Source of the DNA: Callorhinchus milii
Taxonomy: Eukaryota
Direction: 5' to 3'
Assembly (NCBI RefSeq): GCF_018977255.1
Contig: NW_024704743.1
Location: 15,998,001 to 16,062,000 of the forward strand
Length of the DNA: 64,000 nt
In this document: piece by piece, positions 53,508 to 64,000 of the stretch
Position numbering within the stretch: the stretch's first letter is position 1
How the letters are laid out: each line of letters opens with the position of its first letter
Translations under genes and position numbers: made by a program
The notes under the pieces: generated by a model
Seen by the model: only the letters and a program-made list of their open reading frames with translations
What the model was told of the DNA's origin: nothing
Database searches by the model: none

Positions 53508-53875
53508 ATTAATAAAATCCTTGCATTTGATATAGCGCCTTATCACTCGAGACGTCTCAAAGCGCTTCACAGAATATCCTGTAACGTGAATTGACTGTAT
53601 ATTTTGTGGGCAAAATGCAGGAGCCAATTGGGCACAACCATGTCCCACAAACAGTCGTGGATTGAGCGACTAGAATTTTTTTTTTTAAAAAAAAGAGATC
53701 ATTGTCCCAGAAAAGCAATCCGCCAATCAACTAACAACCGGGTTCCTACTTACTGCTGGTGAACAGAGGCGTGTGGATTAAGGAAACTTGCCCAACATTT
53801 CGCCTTGCCCGGGAATCAAACCCAGGTCCTCTCATTTGCGAGGCAAGTACTCTAACCACTAAGCTACAGGACTCC
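53508..53875 (-). mobile_element. Full-length copy of the tRNA-derived SINE
   Basis: Same head, body and tail. Further copies at ~4378-4535, 14925-15190, 21765-21990, 32005-32355, 57770-58116, 60495-60565 and 61735-61940. Confidence 0.88.
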
Positions 53876-54489
53876 ACTAGAACAGGTAAGAGTGAAACCA
53901 GGAAAAGGAAGGGAGGAGGTGGGAAGGATGGAGTAGTCAAAGGCATCAGAGAGCTCTAGTTATAGGAGAGAAAGGCATTGGTAATTTTGACAGGGGCAGT
54001 TTCTGTGCTTTTGGGCAGGGAGGAAACCATAACCGTTTAATGCAAATTTTTGCACTTTTAACATGAAAGGGATCAAATTACAAGCCCTTGCAATGGATGT
54101 ATATGTACTACCTCATACAAACAGTGCAATTCAGATAAAAATAATTAAGATAAAATAATCCAGTAAGGATGTATGTAGGAACACCATGATTCATGTAAAT
54201 ATGTACGATAAGCAAAACAAATTGTAGATTTGATTATGAAGAGTTACGTCAACCTTGCATCAGACAGATACAGTAGATGCATCACCAGTGCACATTTTCT
54301 ACACAAACTGCATGATTTCTTTTTTGCGAGATGCATACCAATGCAATCTGTATCTGTTTGTTGCATTATACAGATTAATAATCCAAAAAACTTATAATTG
54401 CACTACATTATTTTATTTCAAAGCATGGTTATTCTGAGAATCATTCACAATCTTCTATTAATTGAAGCGCTTCTTATAATGCAACATAC

Positions 54490-54546
54490 CTTTCTTCAGA
54501 GTTGTACAGCCGGGCCAGCCCAAAATCTGCTAGTTTTATCTGCCCC
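54490..54546 (-). CDS. CDK13: CDK13 exon 7 (57 nt), DFG motif
   Basis: GQIKLADFGLARLYNSEES; caccag/gtatgt boundaries; phase consistent with neighbours. Confidence 0.96.
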
Positions 54547-55866
54547 CTGGTGGCAAAACAAAATTGTTTCATGAATGTCACTGCTTTTAAAACTGTATTG
54601 AACATATACCTTCATAAAGCGTTTTAACTTTCAGCTTAATTTTAGAATACTTAGTACAGGTGTACAACTGAAATTAACAATCAGTCTTGTTATATTTTTT
54701 TGAAACAAGTTGTATTTAAATAAACGTTTTAATAAGAGCAAGAGTGGAATGGCCAAATTGACTATTATACTCATTAAAACAAACATTTTCTTGCTTTCAA
54801 GAACACACAAACAACCATACTCAGTTAAGGCATGATGCAACATAGCAACTTTGTTTCACGCAGATTAATTTTAAATGCAACACCTTCCAATTTTTTTTAA
54901 ACTTATACCATAGTGTGTATGGGACAGTTAAAAGTTCGGAGAAATTCAAATAAGTTCATATAACCATTTATATGAAACCATTCCCAAAAGACTTGTGGTG
55001 GAGGAGAAAACAGAATACTCAATTGGCCACTTGTTTTGCTATATTTGTTTCTTTATAGGTCTCCTGAAGACAACTATTATTATTTTATTATTATTATAAC
55101 TATTGAAGTTGGACTGCCATTCCACACACAGAGGCCCTGCTGAATCCTTTTGAAGTGGCCGACAATGTATCCTTGTTTCATTTAAGCTCCCTGTCAGTAG
55201 CTTAAATTATTCTATGATTCTTTAAAACAGATACTGCGTATTGCAGTTTGGCTGAAAGTGAGATTTCACTTCTAGCAGTATACACAAAGGATTCAAGATG
55301 CCCCTAGATTATAACAAGAGGTAAAGTACGATACAATTCATGCTTATATAGTCCCTTTGGTATTGGGAGGCTGTCTCAAAAAGCTCAACAATTCTGGCTG
55401 GACAAAATGTCAAACCACAGAACTTAAAAGTAACCTGGTACCAATGTGAGGGAGCTGCCCATATCAAAAACACACCAAGTGGAGAATGAAGAGGATATTC
55501 AGATATGGCAGTTCATTTAGAACCACAACAGACATAAATCCCAAATGACATTGCAATCTTAAAAACAGTTAAATTAGTACTGAATCCCAGGACATTGCAG
55601 CTAAGCACAAAACATTAAATGTTTTATATTTCTCCATTAGTGACTCTATGATATCTATGACTTGGTTACTTACCTTCAGCTCATTGGAAAATTATCATGG
55701 CGCTGAACATTTTGATTTAAAGACGTTTAACAACAGCTTGCTTTGTAGGATACATTTTGTATACATCTGCTTAACAAATCCTTGTGTACAAATCATTCAG
55801 TATGCAAACAAACATTAAGCAAATTCAATGTGCAACTCTGATTTCATTTCTTGCTTTAGCATGTCA

Positions 55867-56136
<270 letters not shown>

Positions 56137-56685
56137 TCAAGAGATGCAACCCTGTGTCAATTACAATACAAAATTACATTTATATAGCACCTTTCACATC
56201 AGGACGACGTCCCATAGTGCTTAATACTGGATTTGCACCCAAGCTGGGGGTGGGAGGGGAAAGATGATTGAAAAAGGTAGGTCTTGATAAGGACCTTAAC
56301 TGAGGAGAAGGAGGGAGAGTTGGGGAGACTCCAGAGAGGTGGGGTAGGGCAGGATATGGACATGAAGCTGACATATTGGAAAAGCAGTTTTAAAGAGACG
56401 TATTTCCTCGCACCACATTGATGAGGAAACCTTGAGGCTTGGGACAACAGCTGCTTAAAGGCATGACCTGAGATTATGAGCACATACTCATATGAAACTA
56501 TAAATAGGGTACCACATTTTGAGCTGGTACATTAGAGAGCTGTCTAAAGCTCAATAACCCACGTTTACAATTATATCTGCAACAACACTGTGGCGAGTGC
56601 ACTCACAGGAATAAACCAAGGTTAAACTTTTACATAACTGTGACATACAATAATGAGAATCTCACATTGCTTCACTTGAGCCAAA

Positions 56686-57280
56686 ACAACAACAAGTTGC
56701 ATTTATATAGTGCCTTTCACACAAGGTAGCGTCCTGGAGTACTTCACAGTGGCGGAGTCTGACGAGAAAGGAGCCAGGGAGAGAGGAAGGTGACCACAAT
56801 CACAATCAAAAAGGAAGGTCTTTAGTGGGATTTGAAAGTGGGGAGGGAGGGGGCAAGGTGGGTGGAATGAGGGAGAGAGTTCCAGAGTTTGGGGGTTTTG
56901 TGGCTGAAGGCATATCCACAGACTGTGGAATGGAGGGCACGAGGGACAAACAGGAGGCTGGAGCCAGGCACGTGGAGGCAGCGGGTGGTAGAGTTGGGGG
57001 TAAGCAGGTCAGATAGTCAGGGATGTGCAAGGTCATGGAGATTTGAAAACAAGTGAGAGGATCTTGAAATCGATCAGTTTGGTGATTGGGAGCCAGCGGA
57101 GCCTGGCAAGGACTGGTGTGATGGGAGTACAGAGTTCCGTATGGGTGAGTATTCGGGCAGTGGAATTTTGAATTGATATTTTGTGTATGGTGGAGCTGAG
57201 GAGAACATCAGAATAATCCAGCCGGGGCTGCGTGGATTGTAAGGTACGGACCGAGGTGGGCAATGTGGCCGAGGTGGGCA
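56686..57280 (-). mobile_element. L2 3' fragment in CDK13 intron 5
   Basis: RLDYSDVLL...ITPVLARLRWLPITKLIDFKILSLVFKS; TTG tail. Confidence 0.87.
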
Positions 57281-57418
57281 ACTGATATCTTGATTCAGAC
57301 TACAAAACGCATTTCACACAGATCTGGAATTAGTAGTAAACTATTATAAACAAAACCACAATGGTGATATCAATCAAGTATGCCAACTCAGTGATCACCT
57401 AGAACCGTTATGTACCTA

Positions 57419-57655
<237 letters not shown>

Positions 57656-60600
57656 TCAAGATTACTTATATTTCTAAAGTGCATAGGTTTTCACTTATGC
57701 CTTAGCATGAGCAAATTGAAAACTGTGATAAAAGCTTTTTCCAGTTAAATCATTCCCTTCAGTTGATTATATAATAATCCTTGCATTTGATATAGCAATT
57801 AATCACGTCTTTGAGAAGTCTCAAAGCGCTTCACAGAATACACTGTAAAGTGAATAGACTGTATATTTTGTGGGTGAAATGCGGCAGCCAATTGCACACA
57901 GCAGTGTCCCACAAACAGTCGTGGGAAGTGACCATTTTTTTATAAAAGGAATTATTACTCCCAGAAAAGCGATCCGCCAATTGACTAACAACCAGATTCC
58001 TACTTACTGCTAGGTAAACAGAGGCATGTGAAATAAGGAAACTTGCTCAACATTTCTCCATACTGGGAAACGAACCTAGGCCTCTCGCTTGCGAGTGCTC
58101 TAACCACTGAGCTACAGATTACCACAATATATAGAGCTTCATTTAACAATATAGTAATTAAGCACGTTGCCTGATACCCCATATTGTCGTATGCAAGCAA
58201 GTGGAAACAGAAAGTTAACGCAAGCTGAAACTATGAAAAATAGCCAAGTTGTAAAAACTCATGTATTCAGAAACTGCATCAAAAGAAATTCTCCCAAATT
58301 CTGGCTCCCATCCTACAAAATAATCAGATTTGACAAGCATCTCAGTCGTAATCTAAGCAAATACTACAAAAATGGGGAGACTCTCACCAAGTCTGCTGAC
58401 AGCTTGGACAATCTTCTTTACAGGCAATGAGCATGCCAGGTCAAGTGGCAATATCTGGAGATTTGAAGTTAGTCAATCTCACCACAGCTGGTCATAAGTG
58501 TTATCTATACTCCAATTTCACATCAGTTCATAATCTACTGCACTAAAAAATAAATCATAGAAAATGTACGGGGCAATAACCTCAAAGTAAAAATGAAGCC
58601 CATTAATATCTTCAATGTGTGAACCCTCCCACCTACAATGGTTAAGATTCCAAAGGATATATTCAGTGCGATTGCAAGTGCATTTCTTAGCAAAGTGCAC
58701 AAAATATTTGTGCAATGGCAGATCATGTGCAAAAATTCCCTTCAATAATCCCATCATACCAAGTACAATCCCATTAAGGAGTTAATTTGATATCTTCATT
58801 AAGTGCATCAGATGCATGCATGCATGCAGTGGCTGTTTTCTTGTATAATGATACAACCACAAACTATAGACTTGTGGCAATAATTGGCTGGGGGATCAGA
58901 AGCTATCTTAAAACCTACCTCTCCAAGCGCCTACGGTCACCTCTCCCTTTCCCCCTCCTCGGTGCCCGTCACTGTAAAGCACTCCAAGACATTATTCTAC
59001 GTGAAGGACGCTAAATAAATCCAAGTTGATGCTTTCAACCAATTCAAGTCTTTTTTTGTTAATTGCTCCTACCTCCAATGCATAACAATGTAGATAAAGG
59101 TTACATTTTTTTAAAAAAAAACAAGAACAAGATTGAGGTCAGCTGTGATGTTTTTAAGTCAACTACTTGTCCACTTGGCTGGCACAATTCACATTCAGTT
59201 AATAATGTGAAGCACAAATAGACACTCATAATTACATTACATCAATGCAAAGAATTACAGAATCATCTGAAATCCTTTTTATTGGTGGGCACCTGCAATT
59301 CCCATGTGTTTAAAAGATCATGAATTAAGACTCCACTGCCTAGGCCCACAACATTACTACTTGGGCAAATACCAGAGGAGCCATAACCCATAAATCAACA
59401 CCTGGAGGAAAGAGAAAAAAAGTTAGAATTCTTCTAAATCATACATGAGACATCATTCACATTATTTTGCCACCAATTTAAATTACTAACATGTTTTGGG
59501 GTGAATAGATTAGCCTTGCATCAATAGTAACATACTATTGCTCTGCTAATGCAATTATGCTGAAGAAGTCAACAGCACAGTTAAACTGCTAAAATTTATT
59601 GTCAGCACAGCTTTGATTATACAAAGAAACAGGTTTCCACGAATGTCCAATCAATGAATTGGCATGGAAGATAAAGATTTGATTAAATGCTCCTAAATGG
59701 AAAAAAAATATAGCAGTCTGTACCTAAAAATTAAATCTGGTTTAGTGATACAAAGGTAATGAGATATTTTCAGAGATTATCCAAATAAGTAGAATATGAA
59801 ATTAAATTCCTTTTGATGCCATTTCTGAATACATGATTTTTTTTCAGACTGGGCTATTTTAACACCATTAAAATTTACAAGAATAAATTCACAGCATAAC
59901 AGTATTGTACAACATTTTGTACGACTTGAAGCAATAAACTAACTAAAAATAGCAAGGAGCAAGTGAAAGTAATGGTCTCCACAAATAAAGGTGGTGAGAG
60001 GAAGGGGATAATTCATATTCAAGCCTTCTGAAAACCCCAACAGAGTTACAATATATTGGAAGCCTTATTCTGTTCCAGCTCTCTTTCAAGTTGCATAATA
60101 TGTCATATTTGTTTGATACAAATACACTAGGAAGAGAGAATCAAGTTTTTGGTAAAAAGGAAAGAGGGAGTGAGGGTGGATGGAATAAAACACTGCTAGT
60201 TCTTCAAACATTATCAGAGTAGAGTCCATAAATTATTTCAATGGGGAATAAGATTGATGTTTGAAAAAAGGTATAAGGGGCAAGTAGTGGAATGGGATTA
60301 GGAAGCTCATGTGCTGAAAGAGCAGCGTAAACACAATGGCCTGTTTCATTCTATGTTGTAACATCTTATAATTTACATGATGTGGATTGCTGGACAAAAC
60401 ACGGAGAGAAACATTTCAAATTGAAGTTTTGTATGAATTTTAGGCATCCACCTAAACAGGAAGAATGTACTCTGGTTTGACAATCCTACAAGAGGGCCTT
60501 GGAATTGAACCCAGGTCTATCGCTTGCGAGGTGAGTTCTCTAACCACTGAGCTACAGGGCTCCATATGGCCTGATTTCAAAGAGCAATAAAGAAAAAATA

Positions 60601-61172
60601 GAAATGTAAAATGTAATAATCATAGTAGCTTAATTAAAAGGAGATGGATTCCTTCTTCCTTTTCATCAAGATACTTTATCAACAGTTTTTAAGAATATAA
60701 AATCTACCAATTCATTTGTATGTCCAACAACAGGACTAATGTAGTAAAAGTCAAGTTACAAGTTTGTTTGATTCCAGTTTTAAACCTTCTAAATATAGGA
60801 CAACATTGTAATTTAACACCAGTCACATTCAGCATGTGCACTGATTCTGACACAGCAAATTCCAAATCTTGCAACACATGGTGAAAGTTGAAAGCAATTT
60901 AGAGGAAATTAAATTCCAAGGAAGAGTACCAACTAGGCCACTCTTGCACTTTCTCGCAGCATTCGTAAAATGTAAAAGGATAATGCTACCTATAGCCTCA
61001 TCTGTGCATGCCAACATTCAGAATGGATCAGTGATAAGACTGATAAGCTACGGAAGTTCAATAAAAAGGAGAGAAAAATGTTCTACCGTTTCTTCATGAT
61101 GGACTGATAACTGACTGGTATTTGAATCAGAGAGAACTGAAGCACAGGAGGATCCAAGGCAAGGGTTATAAG

Positions 61173-61732
61173 CTGGCCCAATAGAAAGTCTGGAAATATT
61201 TGGCAAAAACTGCGGGGAGGTTCACCAATTTGCGGAGGGCATTTTTGGCAATTTTGCAGAAAACTGCAGGGAGTTGATTTGTGCTATTGCGGTACATTTT
61301 CATAGAATCATAGAATCGTACAGCACAAAAAGAGGCCATTTGGCCCATCGCGTTTGTGCCGGCTCTTTGATTAGAGCAATGTAATGTCAATCTCACTCCC
61401 CAGCCCTTTCCCCATAACCCTGCGAACGCATCCTCCTCAAATACCCGTCCATCGCGTTTTTAAAAGTAGTTATCGAATCGGCCTCAACCACCCTTTCAGG
61501 CAATGCGTTCCAGATTCGAACAACTCGCTGCGTGAAAAAATTTCTTCTCACCTCCCCTCTGCTTCTTTTAGAGACTATTTTATTGCCCACCTATATTTTT
61601 TCACTTTATTGATATAACGAAACATGAGGAAATGACACATATTAGGCAAAAAAATATTAATTGCTTCTTTAGCAAAAACTTTTTTTGGGGGGAGGAGGAA
61701 CTGCATGCAGCTGCATTTTTCTATTGGCCCAG
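61173..61732. mobile_element. Short MITE copy of the same TIR family, interrupted by a CR1 fragment
   Basis: Ends ctggcccaatagaaa and tttctattggcccag; flanks gttataag and gttataat; interior aligns by eye with 8180-8380. Confidence 0.75.
61301..61580 (-). mobile_element. CR1-clade LINE 3' fragment
   Basis: RRNFFTQRVVRIWNALPERVVEADSITTFK (CR1 ORF2 C-terminus) and a (GATTCTAT)n-type tail. Confidence 0.9.
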
Positions 61733-62063
61733 GTTATAATAATAATTCTTGCATTTGATAAGAGCGCTTTTCATGTCTTCTAGAGGTCTCAAAGCGCTTC
61801 ACAGAATATGCTATAAAGTAAATTGACTGTATATTTGTGGGCGAAACGTGGCAGCCAATTGCGCACAGCAGTGTCCCACAAAGTCGTGGATTGAAAATTA
61901 CCAATTTTATTTTTTTTGTTGTGGAGGGATTATTATTAGGTGTGTTATAAATGAGAAAGACTTTGAAAACTAGAACAAATAAATTAGTCAAAACAGTTAT
62001 TTCTTTGGTTCAAAATGTAACTAGAACAAACCATTGTAATACTGTAAAACATATATATTTTAC

Positions 62064-62203
62064 CAGCATCTTTGTCCTTGGCTTTGTAAACTTGTCCATA
62101 AGTGCCTTCACCTATTATTCCAATGATGTCAAATTTGTCCACGCAACGTTTACCCCAATCTATTTCCGTTATTTCAGTTTCACCATGTCGAGGTCCACAG
62201 ATT
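62064..62203 (-). CDS. CDK13: CDK13 exon 4 (140 nt), kinase N-lobe with Gly-rich loop
   Basis: Hand translation [46 protein letters not shown]; tttttag acceptor and gtaaaa donor. Not in the supplied ORF track. Confidence 0.96.
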
Positions 62204-62894
62204 CTAAAAACACATTTCAGTCAAACATTAGAAGCTAACCATGAGAAGCAGATCCAGATTAACAGTATCACCATACATGAAATGACACTGCATGGTTTCT
62301 AGACCAACTAGTTAAATATTATTTGCCAGATGCAATATAATATATAGTCAAGGTGTAGGGCAGGTAACGTAAATTTTTTATTAATTTGAACCGTATTACC
62401 CAATTAAAAATACGCTCCAAAGAATTAAACAAATACACTAGTAATTAATACAAATTTTCAATGAAAGTACAATTTAACTATGCAGATTTGTTCATTACTA
62501 TTCCTCTCAGCCAACTGCATGACAACCCAGAGAAAACGCCCAAAATAAAATAAAGCCAGCAAGATTTGTAGAATATTTATTTCATGCTGTATTTTCACAG
62601 CAAATACAGTACAATAACTTGTGTATATTGCAAGTAAAATTTTGACTGATTCCTACACTGATGCAGTTCTCACACTGCAAGTTATTAGCCTTGAAAACCT
62701 TCCTTGGACAACAATCTTTGACCAGGTCTTTAATCAACATCCTCAACCCTACCCCCTTTGATCCATTCAGCTCAATGAATCACATCCTAACAAAGTGAAT
62801 TAATTATCCAAGATGAAAAATACAGTACAAGTGCAATACAAGTGCTCAAACTAGGCTATTTGAATGCATAGTGTTCAGAAACCATCAGGATAGA

Positions 62895-63480
62895 CTTGTT
62901 TGTTGTTGTTCTTTTGGTCAGCTGGGTATCTGACACGTGCAGAAACTCATTCATCATGCTTAAGGGTATCAAAATCAAGCTGAAATTTCCATGCATCCCA
63001 CCTACACTTGGAAATCGCGGAGATAGATTGGTGGAATGGAATGCACACTCCCTCCATGGAGGGGCTTATCCTACTTACCTAATTCCGGAAATTATTAGGC
63101 GCAGGTTGGCAAGAGCTAAGGCTTGGGGACTGCAGAATGTGCGTTGGGGAACCAGATAAAACCACATAGCTTGCCATTGATAGCTCTGCCTGGCAGCTAT
63201 CCAGCTAGCACCACCCTTCCCATTAGTGCTTTGGCTCGCAGGGTTAGTGCTTTGGTTAGATGGGCAGACTAGTCACTGGGGGCAGGGAGTGGGATGACTC
63301 CCTGCCCCTGTGACTGGCCTGCTCTTCCAGGTCCTGCCGATGTGCTGTCATCAGCAGTGCCTTGGAATATCTTAGACCTGCCTGGCTCAGGAACCAGACT
63401 ACTGAGACTACCACAGAGGGCTGGTTCAATTCTGACATTCCATTGCCAGGCATGTCACCTTGGAGTCAGTTCCGCTCCAA
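62895..63480 (-). mobile_element. Unclassified dispersed repeat (family X)
   Basis: Similar copies at ~7940-8115, 8120-8177 plus 11147-11590, 11690-12215, 23140-23605 and 45085-45410; shared blocks aattaggtaagtaggat, cattccattcca, ggaaatctcagt, gacacccagctgacc. Confidence 0.8.
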
Positions 63481-64000
63481 GACCCTGCTTAGACCTGTGT
63501 GAGAGATGTGGGATTGAGGTGTGGAAGAAGCTGTCGCAAAGTGCTCTTCTTGGATTAAAGAAACCGTTTGGATGAGAAAACAATCACAATAAATGAACCA
63601 AGTGATAATGATATTTGTGGATTGGACTGTGATGCCTAAGTGAAGAATTCAATGATTTGGCATTGCTTTCCCTTTAAAAAGTTCGACTCAGCAATGCAAT
63701 GACTTCATAGAATCTCATGAAGTCATTGTATTAAGTGACATTGAAGAGTCACACATTCAAAACAATTTTATTTTCATAATTGTCACAACCAAAATAGAAG
63801 GGGGGAGCCAAGAGATGAATCAGAATAAACAATTTTAATTTGGGTTCTTGGACACATCCACTAGGCTTCTGATGTCACTGTGCCACTTATGTGGCAAGGG
63901 CCCAAGTTTCCTTCCATTCCCTAAACATATCACAAACTCACTCTGTTTGCAACTCTTCCTTCTGATGATAGAAGCAACTCCAAAAAAGGTCGAGGAAACA

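Overview
Vertebrate genomic DNA, most likely a cartilaginous fish (chimaera/shark-like, inferred from the L2/CR1 LINE and SINE content). The right half holds the 3' part of CDK13 on the minus strand: 11 exons (4-14 by human numbering, recalled from memory), all GT-AG with consistent phases, followed by a ~2.5-kb transposon-free 3' UTR. A CpG island at ~31.1-31.6 kb carries tandem ETS/GABP sites and a minus-strand first exon encoding a mitochondrial-type presequence, probably SUGCT by synteny. I found no further SUGCT exons, so 1-31.3 kb is probably its first intron. No intact MPLKIP is visible at its mammalian position. The rest is L2/CR1 fragments, two SINE families, an unclassified dispersed repeat, a DNA-transposon family with terminal inverted repeats (TIRs) and 8-bp target-site duplications (TSDs), and several tandem repeats. 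Best leads: a candidate intronic-polyadenylation terminal exon in CDK13 intron 4, an L2 lineage with shared ORF2 frameshifts, a TIR element carrying a 2.4-kb minisatellite, inverted L2s flanking CDK13 exons 8-9, and a candidate recursive splice site. None is proven from sequence alone.
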